A DNA stretch of 64,000 nt from Atribacterota bacterium (GTDB taxonomy: Bacteria; Atribacterota; Phoenicimicrobiia; Phoenicimicrobiales; Stramentimicrobiaceae). Location: assembly GCA_040767965.1 (NCBI GenBank), contig JAXGNR010000004.1:32001-96000 (forward strand), written 5' to 3'. A program made the translations under genes and the position numbers. The notes below the pieces were generated by a model, which saw nothing but the letters and a program-made list of their open reading frames with translations, searched no databases and was not told where the DNA came from. Positions within the stretch are counted from its first letter, which is position 1. Every line of letters begins with the position of its first letter. Shown here in pieces: positions 1 to 9,198 of the stretch.

Positions 1-227
1 CTTGATATAGCTGTAATATCTTTATTTAATATCTGTATTTGTCCGTCCTGAGGTTTTAGTATGCCTGAAATTAGTTTTAACAAAGTTGTCTTGCCTGATC
101 CGTTGGGACCGATAATACCGATAAATTCACCAGAAAATACTGATAAGTTGATATCTTGTAATATAGGGGTTTTTTCATAAGAAAAACTCACATCGTTAAA
201 AGTTATAATGGGTTCTCTAATATTCAT
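1..227 (-). CDS. ABC transporter ATP-binding subunit (BtuD/FepC-like), 5' part only; runs off the window
   Basis: Manual translation gives MNIREPIITFNDVSFSYEKTPILQDINLSVFSGEFIGIIGPNGSGKTTLLKLISG, with Walker A GPNGSGKT. It overlaps the end of the permease gene. Alternative ATG at 236. Confidence 0.9.
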   Translation of the reverse strand, partial: MNIREPIITFNDVSFSYEKTPILQDINLSVFSGEFIGIIGPNGSGKTTLLKLISGILKPQDGQIQILNKDITAIS

Positions 228-1275
228 TGTTATCATTTCTCCTTTTTAGTAGGTGAATAAACAAAGGTGCACCGATAATGGCAGTTATAGCCCCAATAGG
301 GATTTCAGTGGGGGCTATAATAGTGCGGGCAATAGTATCGCATAATATTAAAAATATTGCACCGGCCAGTGCTGATACCGGTAGCATAATCCGATGGTCA
401 GGCCCAACCAGAAGGCGGGCAATATGAGGGATAACCAGCCCCACAAAGCCAATTAACCCCGTAAATGATACTACAATAGCAATCATAACAGAACCAATCA
501 CAAATATTTTCAATCTCAATTTTTCCGTTTGAATTCCCAGGTGGAGTGCTTCTTCTTCACCCAGAGCCATTGCGTTTAATTCCATTGAAGAAAATATTAA
601 CAGAAAACTTCCTACAAAAACCGGCAAAAAAACAAAAGATATTTTTTGCCAGCTGGCATTAGATAGATCACCCATTAACCAAAAAATCATTGAATGTAAC
701 TCACGGTTGGATATTGCCAGTAAAAGGGTAATTAATGCTGAGAAAAAAAAATTAACTGCTACTCCGGCCAGTAATAAATCAGTCATAGGCAGGTTAGATT
801 TGTTTCTAGAGAAAATGTATACCAAAAACATAGATATAAAAGATCCTGTCAGGGCAAAAACTGGCAACAGACTTGCTAAGTAGGAACCTGTTAGATATTG
901 TAAGGCAATCCCGGTACATGCCCCTAAGGCTGCTCCTGCTGAAACTCCCAAAATATAAGGGTCAGCCAGTGGATTCCTGAGAATTCCCTGAAATGCACCA
1001 CCAACTCCAGCTAAAGTCATACCAGCAAGCATAGCCATAATTAGCCGGGGTATTCTTAATTCCCATATGATTAATCCTAGGCTGTCATCAGTTTGGTGAT
1101 GCCAGAGAATAGATATAATCTTTTGTGGCTGAATGGAGATTGTACCAAAATTAAGTCCAATAAATCCAGTTATTAAAATAACGATAAAGCCAAGCAAGAG
1201 GATAAAAAGTGATTTCCATTTCCAATTTGCATATTCATATATATAATTACTATTTTTTTCTGCTAAATACTTCAT
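217..1275 (-). CDS. btuC: FecCD/BtuC-family permease, probably for cobalamin uptake
   Basis: Family motifs RIPR, LRNPLADPYILGVSAGA, GLIGFVGLVIPH and EIPIGAITAIIGAP. It lies in a cobalamin riboswitch-controlled operon. Start uncertain (ORF opens at 1293). Confidence 0.85.
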   Translation of the reverse strand: MKYLAEKNSNYIYEYANWKWKSLFILLLGFIVILITGFIGLNFGTISIQPQKIISILWHHQTDDSLGLIIWELRIPRLIMAMLAGMTLAGVGGAFQGILRNPLADPYILGVSAGAALGACTGIALQYLTGSYLASLLPVFALTGSFISMFLVYIFSRNKSNLPMTDLLLAGVAVNFFFSALITLLLAISNRELHSMIFWLMGDLSNASWQKISFVFLPVFVGSFLLIFSSMELNAMALGEEEALHLGIQTEKLRLKIFVIGSVMIAIVVSFTGLIGFVGLVIPHIARLLVGPDHRIMLPVSALAGAIFLILCDTIARTIIAPTEIPIGAITAIIGAPLFIHLLKRRNDNNEY

Positions 1276-2176
1276 AAAGTAATTCCAAACCATCTATAAG
1301 GCGAGGACCTGCTCTATAAAACAAGTCTTCATCAACAGTATAAATTTGTTTATTTTTAATCGCAGGAATATTAGACCATCCGGGATGATTTATAATATCC
1401 TGTTCTAATTTGGAGATTTCTTCAGGATTCATAATACCTGTAGGAACAATGATTATATCAGGTTGTTTTTCTGCTACCAGCTCAGGGCTGATCTTGGTCC
1501 ATCCCTGTAAATGCCCGACTATATTGTCTCCACCTGCTAAAGTAATAAGTTCATGGAATAATGTATTATTCCCTGGGCTGTAAATAGTGTCAAAATTAGA
1601 TCCTACAAAAATTTTCGGTTTTTGTCTGGATGAAATCTTAGCCTGAAATGTTATCCAGTCTATACGATCTTGTATTTGGGTTATTATTTCTTTTCCCTTT
1701 TCCAGAACCCCGCAGGCATTTGCAATTAACTTAATTCCTTCAATCATCTCTGGAATTGTTTCTGATTGGATTACCAAAACATTAAACCCTAATTCTCTCA
1801 ATCTGGGTATATCTTTTAATTGAAAACCTCCATAAGAAAGAATCAAATCCGGATCTAAAGAGATAATTTTTTCTAAGTTAAGAGGAGACATTTTACCAAT
1901 GCTTGTTATCTTTGCAGCCTCTAATGGGTAATTGCAAAATTCACTTCTACCAACCAGTTTTTCTTCCAGGCCAAGTGTGAAAATAATTTCAGTATTACTG
2001 GGAGCAGCTGAAATAATTCTGGCTGGTTTTTCTAAAATAGTTATCTCTATTCCACTGTCATCGGTTAAAGTAACCGGGAACGAATTTGATTGTCCTGATG
2101 CGGGCATTAAAAACAAAAATAAACTAGCCAGCAAGCAAAGTAAAAATGTATATTTTACCACAACATATTTTTTCAT
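1250..2176 (-). CDS. btuF: Cobalamin ABC transporter substrate-binding protein
   Basis: Signal peptide, FPVTLTDD, RIISAAPSNTEI and RAGPRLIDG (TroA/BtuF fold). Directly downstream of the B12 riboswitch. Confidence 0.85.
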   Translation of the reverse strand: MKKYVVVKYTFLLCLLASLFLFLMPASGQSNSFPVTLTDDSGIEITILEKPARIISAAPSNTEIIFTLGLEEKLVGRSEFCNYPLEAAKITSIGKMSPLNLEKIISLDPDLILSYGGFQLKDIPRLRELGFNVLVIQSETIPEMIEGIKLIANACGVLEKGKEIITQIQDRIDWITFQAKISSRQKPKIFVGSNFDTIYSPGNNTLFHELITLAGGDNIVGHLQGWTKISPELVAEKQPDIIIVPTGIMNPEEISKLEQDIINHPGWSNIPAIKNKQIYTVDEDLFYRAGPRLIDGLELLYEVFSRKK

Positions 2177-2225
2177 ATTAATTTTAGTCCTTTTTATCAC
2201 CTATAAAGTTTCATAAAATATTTTA

Positions 2226-2265
2226 TAAAATAAATAAATACACCTCTTGACCGCGAAGAAGTGTA
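2226..2265 (-). terminator. Expression-platform terminator (P13) of the cobalamin riboswitch
   Basis: Minus strand TACACTTCTT-CGCGGTC-AAGAGGTGTA followed by TTTATTTATTTT. The loop GCGG is complementary to CCGC in the aptamer L5 region, as expected for the L5-L13 kissing loop. Confidence 0.75.
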
Positions 2266-2275
2266 AAAAATTTAA

Positions 2276-2415
2276 AACAGGCAGGTCTCCTGGCTTTAGG
2301 CTATCTACTGGCTACGCCTTCCCAGAAATTGATCCCAGTGGCATTATGTAGTTTTCGGTACCTTTCACAGTAACGGGTTTGCGGTGGAATTGCACCACGC
2401 TTCCCTTTACCTGTT
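2276..2415 (-). ncRNA. Cobalamin (B12) riboswitch
   Basis: Minus strand has AGGGAAG-CGTGGTGCAATTCCAC, CCCG-TTACTGT, GCCACTG...GGGAAGG and the B12 box AGCCAGGAGACCTGCC. P1 is AACAGG/CCTGTT. Upstream of btuFCD. Confidence 0.95.
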
Positions 2416-2437
2416 AAAAAAGTTATTCTATTTTTTT

Positions 2438-2466
2438 ATTATAGCTAAAATAGAATAAAAATTCAA
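2438..2466 (-). promoter_or_regulatory. Sigma70-type promoter for the riboswitch-btuFCD transcript
   Basis: TTGAAT-17 nt-TATAAT on the minus strand, about 20 nt upstream of the aptamer. Confidence 0.7.
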
Positions 2467-2559
2467 TTTTGTTTGAAAATATAAATTTAATTATAATATT
2501 TTTCAATGACTGCTATATTGTGATAAACTTAATACAAAGTGATATAATGAGGTAGTTTT

Positions 2560-3075
2560 ATGAATGGGTTAATTCAGGTTTACACAGGAAATGGCAAAGG
2601 CAAGACCACTGCTGCGCTTGGGCTGGCAATAAGGGCGGCAGGTAGAAATAAAAAAATATTAATTATTCAATTTATGAAGAAATGGGACTACGGAGAATTA
2701 CACTCAATCAAACATATCCCGGAAATAAAAATAAAAACATATGGCACAAATGATTTTGTATTTAAAGGTAAAGCCAAAGATATTGATTATGAGGAAGCCA
2801 AAAAAGCCTTTACTGAAGGCGTAGAAGGTGCTTTTAGCGGTCAATTTGATATAATTATTTTTGATGAATTAAATGTTGCTCTGGATTTTGAATTACTGAC
2901 ATTAGAAGCAGTTCTTGATTTTTTGGATAAAAAACCTGCCAGTGTAGAGATTATCATAACAGGAAGAAATGCACCTCAACAATTAATAGAGAAAGCAGAT
3001 TTGGTAACCGAAATGAATGAGATAAAACACCCTTTTCAAAGAGGAATAGAAGCCAGGATCGGGATTGAATATTAG
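2560..3075 (+). CDS. cobO: Cob(I)alamin adenosyltransferase CobO/BtuR
   Basis: GLIQVYTGNGKGKTTAALG, IQFMK, DE, ITGR, ADLVTEM, KHPF and terminal GIEY. Confidence 0.95.
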   Translation: MNGLIQVYTGNGKGKTTAALGLAIRAAGRNKKILIIQFMKKWDYGELHSIKHIPEIKIKTYGTNDFVFKGKAKDIDYEEAKKAFTEGVEGAFSGQFDIIIFDELNVALDFELLTLEAVLDFLDKKPASVEIIITGRNAPQQLIEKADLVTEMNEIKHPFQRGIEARIGIEY

Positions 3076-3096
3076 ATTGTTTTAGAAGGTGAAACT

Positions 3097-3342
3097 ATGG
3101 AAAATAATAATGGTTATCGGGAATCAAAAATTATAGAGTTATGTAGAGTACCAACTGAAGTAGATGCTCTGCCAATCCAAAGCCTGTTGGAAAGTTATGG
3201 AATTAAATGTATTTTACAATCACATGTTACCAGGTCAGTCCATCCATTTACTGTTGATGGCTTGGCTGAAGTAAGAATATTAATTGCTGAAAAAGATTTA
3301 GCCAAAGCAAAGGATGTTCTAAAAGGAGGAGATTGTTTTTAG
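3097..3342 (+). CDS. DUF2007-like small protein (putative signal-transducing, PII-like fold)
   Basis: Pattern IQSLLESYGI...GLAEVRILIAEKDLAKAKDVL. SD AAGGTG upstream. Confidence 0.7.
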   Translation: MENNNGYRESKIIELCRVPTEVDALPIQSLLESYGIKCILQSHVTRSVHPFTVDGLAEVRILIAEKDLAKAKDVLKGGDCF

Positions 3343-3429
3343 CTATATATTTATATATTCTACTGTAACTATAACTAGCTCCTTTTAAAAATATACAGAA
3401 AATCAAAAATAGAAGAGGAGGATTTTTAA

Positions 3430-3906
3430 TTGGATAGTATTTTAATTATTTATCACTCTCAAGGAGGCATAGTCGAAAAAATGGCTTATGCCCTAAAAAA
3501 GGGTATTGAAAAAACAAACAAATTTCAAGTGGAGATTAAAAATGCGGAAGATGCATCCTGGGATGATTTAAAGAAAGCAAAAGGTTTTGCAGTAGGGACG
3601 CCTGATTATTTTGACTATATGGCTGGTACGATAAAAGATTTTTTCGATCGTACATTTTATCCAAGCCAAAGCAAGATAATTGGCAGTCTAACAGCTAATT
3701 TGCCCTGTGTATTCTTTGCTTCCGGAGGCACTGGTGGAAAGCCGGCTATTGACAGCTTGACTCAAATTGGTAAATACTTTAAATTTGATATTATTGATTA
3801 TTTGTCTGTAGGCAGCAAATTAACACCGGAAATTCTAAAAAAAAGTGAAGATCTTGGTGAGAAATTGGCTGCTAGTGTTTTAAATGGCCAAATGGAGAGT
3901 AATTAA
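3430..3906 (+). CDS. Flavodoxin/WrbA-like NAD(P)H-dependent oxidoreductase
   Basis: ILIIYHSQGG, GTPDYFDYMAG and KDFFDR. TTG start with SD GGAGG. Confidence 0.8.
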   Translation: MDSILIIYHSQGGIVEKMAYALKKGIEKTNKFQVEIKNAEDASWDDLKKAKGFAVGTPDYFDYMAGTIKDFFDRTFYPSQSKIIGSLTANLPCVFFASGGTGGKPAIDSLTQIGKYFKFDIIDYLSVGSKLTPEILKKSEDLGEKLAASVLNGQMESN

Positions 3907-3907
3907 C

Positions 3908-3938
3908 TTGACATAATGATACCGATATAGTATCATTA
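3908..3938 (+). promoter_or_regulatory. Sigma70 promoter overlapped by a palindromic operator (probable Rrf2 site)
   Basis: TTGACA-17 nt-TATCAT. A perfect inverted repeat TAATGATAC-N7-GTATCATTA (3914-3938) covers the spacer and -10. Confidence 0.8.
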
Positions 3939-3959
3939 ATGGAAGAGGTTAATTGCTTT

Positions 3960-4388
3960 ATGAAGATGATTAATAGGGAAATTGGTTATGCCATTAAGGC
4001 ACTGTGCTTTATGGTTATAGAAGAAAAAGATATTGCTACTACCAGTCAGATGGCTGCGTATTTTAAAATTTCCAGGCCTTTTTTAAGAAAAATACTACAA
4101 AAATTAAACAAGGTTGGTTTATTAGAGTCGCATAAAGGCAAAAATGGTGGTTTTAAATTAGCTCTTCCTATTAGTGAAATTTTTTTAATTGATTTAATAA
4201 AAATATTTCAAGGGCCGATAAAGTTAAGCGGGTGTTACAAAAAAGACGATGATTGCCCTTTGATTGCGGAATGCCCTATTATGTCTGAAATAGAAAGATT
4301 AGAAAAAAATTTTATTGCAGACCTGGCTAAAATATCTTTAAAAACAATTGTTGAGAAAAAACAGATAGAAGAAGATCAAGATCAGTAA
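3960..4388 (+). CDS. Rrf2-family transcriptional regulator with three Cys (probable Fe-S sensor)
   Basis: YAIKAL, FLRKILQKL, SHKGKNGGFKL and C-x6-C-x5-C. Start moved to 3960 because the ATG at 3939 abuts the -10 and SD GAGG precedes 3960. Confidence 0.9.
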   Translation: MKMINREIGYAIKALCFMVIEEKDIATTSQMAAYFKISRPFLRKILQKLNKVGLLESHKGKNGGFKLALPISEIFLIDLIKIFQGPIKLSGCYKKDDDCPLIAECPIMSEIERLEKNFIADLAKISLKTIVEKKQIEEDQDQ

Positions 4389-4403
4389 GGAGGAAATTTT
4401 GAT

Positions 4404-4625
4404 ATGAGAGATAAGGTAGAGAAAGCTTTGGATAAAATTAGACCATCTTTACAGGCAGATGGCGGTAATGTTGAGCTGGTAGATGTAACTGAAGATGGTA
4501 TTGTAAAAGTCCGGTTAACCGGTGCTTGTAGAGGATGCCCGATGAGCCAGATGACTCTCAAAATGGGTATTGAAAAATCTTTGATGAAAGAGATACCTGA
4601 AGTTAAAGAAGTTCAGGCAGTCTAA
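4404..4625 (+). CDS. NifU C-terminal (Nfu) domain Fe-S carrier
   Basis: IRPSLQADGGNVELV and GACRGCPMSQMTLK. Confidence 0.95.
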   Translation: MRDKVEKALDKIRPSLQADGGNVELVDVTEDGIVKVRLTGACRGCPMSQMTLKMGIEKSLMKEIPEVKEVQAV

Positions 4626-4666
4626 AATTATAAAAATAAAAAGAAAATTGATAGCGGAGGAGTTAA

Positions 4667-5242
4667 ATGGCTACAGTTAAAGGTACAGAAACTGAAAGAA
4701 ACTTATTAGCTGCATTTGCAGGGGAATCTCAAGCTAGAAATAGATATACTTATTATGCTAGTGTTGCCAAAAAAGAAGGATATGAACAGGTTGCTGCTAT
4801 TTTCCAGGAGACTGCAGATAACGAGAAAGAGCATGCAAAGAGATTTTTTAAGCTGTTAGAGGGCGGGGAAGTAGAGATTAAGGCAAGTTATCCTGCTGGA
4901 TTAATTGGTACTACAGCTGAAAATTTAAAGGAAGCAGCTGATGGAGAACTAATGGAATGGGGCACAATCTACAGAGATGCCGCTGATGTTGCCAGAAAAG
5001 AAGGTTTTGAGAAAATTGCCTTACAATTTGAGGAAATAGCAAAAGTTGAAATGCACCATGAAGCAAGATATCGTAAATTGTTAGAAAATATTGAAAAAGG
5101 AAATGTATTTAAGAAAAATCAGCAAGTCATATGGCATTGTAGGAATTGTGGTTATGTTGTTGAAGGAGCCCAGGCTCCCCAAAAGTGCCCTGCTTGTGAC
5201 CATCCGCAAGCTTTTTTCCAGTTAAAAGCAGAAAACTATTAA
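4667..5242 (+). CDS. rbr: Rubrerythrin
   Basis: FAGESQARNRY, EKEHA, EMHH, and a C-terminal rubredoxin domain CRNCG...CPAC. Confidence 0.95.
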   Translation: MATVKGTETERNLLAAFAGESQARNRYTYYASVAKKEGYEQVAAIFQETADNEKEHAKRFFKLLEGGEVEIKASYPAGLIGTTAENLKEAADGELMEWGTIYRDAADVARKEGFEKIALQFEEIAKVEMHHEARYRKLLENIEKGNVFKKNQQVIWHCRNCGYVVEGAQAPQKCPACDHPQAFFQLKAENY

Positions 5243-5271
5243 TTGATATTTTTTTAGATTAAAAAATTAAA

Positions 5272-5309
5272 AATAAGAGCATATTTAAAAAAATAAATAT
5301 GCTCTTATT
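5272..5309. terminator. Bidirectional terminator hairpin between convergent genes
   Basis: Perfect 16-bp inverted repeat AATAAGAGCATATTTA / TAAATATGCTCTTATT. Confidence 0.75.
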
Positions 5310-5404
5310 ATTAAATTACTTAATTTTTAATTTACTATGAAATTTATATATTCTTCTACTGTTTTTTGACTTAAAACATCTTTCACTACTAATAGAAATT
5401 TATA

Positions 5405-5917
5405 CTAACCCTTAGGGAAAGGTGAGTCTTGAGAGATGGTATTAGAGATAAATATTTCATTATTCGGCTGATGTGAGAGCACATGAAAGTCTAGATAATC
5501 TTTTTGTCCCCAAAGGATATTATCTTCCATATCCAGGATATAAATATCTTGTTTAAAATGTATCTCAAATAATCCTTGCTGAACTTTTTTAATAGTGTAA
5601 TTTTTTGGTTCGGCATAAATAAGAAATGTTTCTCCCTGGGCAAAAATATTACTTTCCTTTGCTTGGTAGAATCCAAACCCGCTGGCTTCATTTTCAATAA
5701 AATGAATATTCCTCAGCGCCAGATGTGCTTTTTCACGCAGAGCAAGAGCAGCCTGCTCTAATGTATCAATAGCTAAATTGTATTCCAGCTGTTCCAAATA
5801 ATCCAATGATTGTTCAATGAGATCTTTTTCAGCCGCAGCCGCTATTACTGATATTGTAATTAGCATTATGAAAACTATTGGAAGGGTAAAAAAAGTCAGT
5901 TTTTTTAAAAAATTCAT
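5405..5917 (-). CDS. Exported hypothetical protein (Ig-like beta domain); probably continues past an in-frame TAG to 5327
   Basis: Signal peptide and SD GGAGGTG. After TAG the frame continues as YKFLLVVKDVLSQKTVEEYINFIVN-TAA. Confidence 0.7.
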   Translation of the reverse strand: MNFLKKLTFFTLPIVFIMLITISVIAAAAEKDLIEQSLDYLEQLEYNLAIDTLEQAALALREKAHLALRNIHFIENEASGFGFYQAKESNIFAQGETFLIYAEPKNYTIKKVQQGLFEIHFKQDIYILDMEDNILWGQKDYLDFHVLSHQPNNEIFISNTISQDSPFPKG

Positions 5918-5944
5918 ATATCACCTCCACAGCATATTTAAAAA

Positions 5945-6505
5945 TTAAGGCATACGTGCTCTAGTGATTGGCCAGAACACAAAAGAAGCTCTTCCTATAA
6001 TATTTTTTTCCGGTACAAAACCCCAAAAACGGCTATCGCTGCTGTTACTTCGATTGTCACCTAAAACAAAATAAGAATCTTCAGGTACAGTTATTTCAGG
6101 CATTGTTTCAAAAGAATGGTGTTCCACATAATTTTCCACTAGCTTTTCTCCGTTTACGGAAACTTCTCCTCTTATAATTTCTATTTTGTCTCCCTCTACT
6201 CCAATAACTCTTTTAATATAATTATTGTTCTGGTCAATTGGCGGTTTAAAAATAATAATCTCACCATTCTTGGGCTCTGTCAGGCGATAGACTATTTTAT
6301 TGCAGATGAGTCTTTCTCTATTAAAAAGAGTGTCCTCCATAGAAGCTCCCTTTACCACTGTTACCTGACCGATAAAAGTAATGATAATAAAAGCAATAAT
6401 GCCTGCACTAACAACAGTTTCTAATAATTCTTGCCACATTGGTTTTACCTTTTTTGAATTTTCTTTATTTGTTTTTACATTAACAATATCTTCTTTCTTT
6501 GCCAT
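5945..6505 (-). CDS. lepB: Signal peptidase I
   Basis: One TM helix, GASM (catalytic Ser), YIKRVIG (catalytic Lys) and GDNRSNSSDSRFWG. Confidence 0.95.
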   Translation of the reverse strand: MAKKEDIVNVKTNKENSKKVKPMWQELLETVVSAGIIAFIIITFIGQVTVVKGASMEDTLFNRERLICNKIVYRLTEPKNGEIIIFKPPIDQNNNYIKRVIGVEGDKIEIIRGEVSVNGEKLVENYVEHHSFETMPEITVPEDSYFVLGDNRSNSSDSRFWGFVPEKNIIGRASFVFWPITRARMP

Positions 6506-6689
6506 TTACTTCCCCTCTAATCATCTAAGAATAAATAATATTTTAATTTTAATAAAAATTATATCACACTTATATTTTTTACTTAAGTTAATTTTAATTT
6601 AGATGAAAAGTTAAAAAAATAATTTTATAATATATAATGTTAATAAAATGCACTATTAATTCAACGTTAATAGAGGAAAAATATTTGGT

Positions 6690-7403
6690 TTGCAAAAGAA
6701 AAAGGAGCATATTATCAATTCAATCGGTACCATTATTTTTGATTTAGATGATACTTTAATTAAAACTTCTGATTTATATCATCAGGCACGCAAAAAATTA
6801 TTTTCTTTAATTTCTGAAATGGGTTTTCCAATGGAAGATGTGGTAAACAAGCTTGATGAGATAGATATTCAACATATTAAAGAAAAGGGGTTTTCCAAAG
6901 AACGATATCCTCTAAGCTTAATTAAAACATATCATTATTTCTGTAATTTAAGAGAGATAAACCCTCGAGCAGAAATTGAGAAAAAGATTATAAAAATTGC
7001 CGGAGAAGTATTTGAGATTACACCGCAACTTGTAGATGGTTCAGAAAAGGTATTAAGTTATTTAAAGGGTAAATATAAATTAATCCTGGCTACTTTGGGA
7101 GATAGAGAAGTTCAACAGAAAAAAATAGAAAATTCAGGATTGGAAAACAATTTTTCGGCAATATATATAATGCATTTTAAAAATACAGAGGAATATAGAG
7201 GAATAATCAAAGATCATCAATTAAAAAAGGAGAGGACCTGGTTAATTGGTAATAGTGTTCGATCTGATTTGAATCCAGGATTAGAATTAGGATTAAATTG
7301 TATTTTAATACCTGCAGTTACCTGGAAATTTGAAGAAGAAAAACCAATTTCCAATAAATATATCGAATTAGAGTCGCTAACTGAAATATTAGCATTATTG
7401 TAA
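6690..7403 (+). CDS. HAD-superfamily hydrolase
   Basis: Motif I FDLDDTL and motif IV IGNSVRSD. Confidence 0.85.
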   Translation: MQKKKEHIINSIGTIIFDLDDTLIKTSDLYHQARKKLFSLISEMGFPMEDVVNKLDEIDIQHIKEKGFSKERYPLSLIKTYHYFCNLREINPRAEIEKKIIKIAGEVFEITPQLVDGSEKVLSYLKGKYKLILATLGDREVQQKKIENSGLENNFSAIYIMHFKNTEEYRGIIKDHQLKKERTWLIGNSVRSDLNPGLELGLNCILIPAVTWKFEEEKPISNKYIELESLTEILALL

Positions 7404-7422
7404 CAGGAGAAATAATTAACAT

Positions 7423-8346
7423 TTGACAAAAAAATATCCTTCTTATTTAAATTTAAGCGAAGAAGAGTTTGATGATCGTGTTCAAAAAGGCTATAAAGTA
7501 ATGCATTATTGCTGTATCTGTCCTCATAATTGTAAGGTGAACAGGATTGCAGGCCAAACAGGCAAATGTAAATCAACCATTCAGCTGTTAGTGTCTAGCC
7601 ATTGCGTGCATCCTGGAGAAGAACCTCCTATTTCTGGAGAAAAAGGCTCAGGTACGATATTTTTCACTAACTGTACTTTAAGGTGTGTTTTTTGTCAGAA
7701 TTATCCTATCAGCCAATTAGGAAATGGAAATAAAAATTCAATAAAAGAATTGGCGAAAATGATGATTAATTTGCAAAAGCAGCATTGTCACAATATAAAT
7801 TTGGTAACACCAACTCATTTTGTTCCTCAAATTATTGCAGCAATTAAAGAGGCAAAAATAAATGGGCTTAATATTCCCATTGTCTACAACTCCAGCGGAT
7901 ATGAATCTTTAGAAACATTACAGCTATTGGATGGTATTGTAGATATTTATTTGCCTGATGCTAAGTATTTTGATAATAAAAAAGCACAGCAATATTCCGG
8001 GGCTACAAATTATTTTCAAGCTATGACAAGAACTCTTCGGGAGATGTACAGGCAGGTGGGAAATTTAAAACTTGATCAAGATGGAATTGCGGTAAAAGGA
8101 CTAATTATAAGGCATTTAGTTTTACCTGACAATATAGCGGGAACAGAAGATATTTTAAAGTGGATTTCAAAAAATATTTCCAGAAAAATTTATATCAGTT
8201 TAATGGCGCAATATTTCCCAGCATATCAAAGCGTTGATTACCCTGAACTATATCGCAGAATAACCCAAAAGGAATATCGGGAAGCTATAAAGTATCTCCA
8301 CAATTATGATTTGTGCAATGGATGGATACAGCAGTACAATGAATAA
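7423..8346 (+). CDS. Radical SAM protein, PflX-like
   Basis: CTLRCVFC, N-terminal CCICPHNC, HPGEEPPISG, HNINLVTPTH and RHLVLP. Confidence 0.9.
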   Translation: MTKKYPSYLNLSEEEFDDRVQKGYKVMHYCCICPHNCKVNRIAGQTGKCKSTIQLLVSSHCVHPGEEPPISGEKGSGTIFFTNCTLRCVFCQNYPISQLGNGNKNSIKELAKMMINLQKQHCHNINLVTPTHFVPQIIAAIKEAKINGLNIPIVYNSSGYESLETLQLLDGIVDIYLPDAKYFDNKKAQQYSGATNYFQAMTRTLREMYRQVGNLKLDQDGIAVKGLIIRHLVLPDNIAGTEDILKWISKNISRKIYISLMAQYFPAYQSVDYPELYRRITQKEYREAIKYLHNYDLCNGWIQQYNE

Positions 8347-8468
8347 TTTTTAATATTTTTATTTGTTATTTTATACCATCTAGATGGTGATTTATGTTAA
8401 ATTGTTATATATAACTATCATAAAATTAATTTTTCAGAAAAATTATAATAAATAGAAAGGAGTTAGAA

Positions 8469-8993
8469 ATGGTTTTAGAGGTAATAAAAAAAAGAAAAAG
8501 TATCAGAAGTTATCTGGATAAAAAAATTCCACAGGATGTTTTAAATGAAATAATGGAGGCTGCCAGACTATCTCCTTCTGCAAGCAATAGACAGCCTCGC
8601 AAGTTTATAATTGTACAGGACAAAGAAATGAAACAGAAAATAATGCAGGCTAGCGTATTGCATGGTAATTTGCAGCCATTCATTGCAGATGCTTCTGCAA
8701 TCCTAGTCGCCTGCGGGACCTATACAACCCATATTATGCCTGGAGGAGTACATTCTTTTCCGGTTGATGTTGCTATTTCCCTTGATCATATTAGTTTGCA
8801 GGCTGCTGAACTAGGATTGGGCACTTGCTGGATTGGTGCTTTCAGCCAGGAAAAGATTAAAGAATTATTAGGTATCCCTGAAAATGTAACTGTGGTCTGT
8901 TTGATGACACTCGGGTATCCGGCTGCACCTGGCATGGACAGAGGTAGAAAAAAGCTTGAAGAGATTATATGTTATGAATATTATAAAGAATAG
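8469..8993 (+). CDS. Nitroreductase family protein
   Basis: KRKSIRSY, SPSASNRQP, LGLGTCWIG and LGYP. Confidence 0.9.
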   Translation: MVLEVIKKRKSIRSYLDKKIPQDVLNEIMEAARLSPSASNRQPRKFIIVQDKEMKQKIMQASVLHGNLQPFIADASAILVACGTYTTHIMPGGVHSFPVDVAISLDHISLQAAELGLGTCWIGAFSQEKIKELLGIPENVTVVCLMTLGYPAAPGMDRGRKKLEEIICYEYYKE

Positions 8994-9198
8994 TGTTTCT
9001 ATATTGCTACATGCTATCAAATAAAAGTAACATTATCGTTAATTTGAAAATATATATTTGCACATGTGCCTAAAAGAGATAAAGATAATAGAATTTTAAA
9101 GGAATATTTCAGATAATTTAGAAAATAATAAAAATTTCCATAGTTTTACTATCTCAAAAAACAATAACAAGGGGTATATAATTATATTTTTCAAATAT

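Noticed and set aside
2560-3342. The cobO TAG stop is in frame with the next gene via 7 sense codons, so readthrough would give a CobO-DUF2007 fusion
   Set aside because: CobO ends at its normal GIEY terminus and the second gene has its own SD and ATG. In-frame spacing occurs one time in three by chance.
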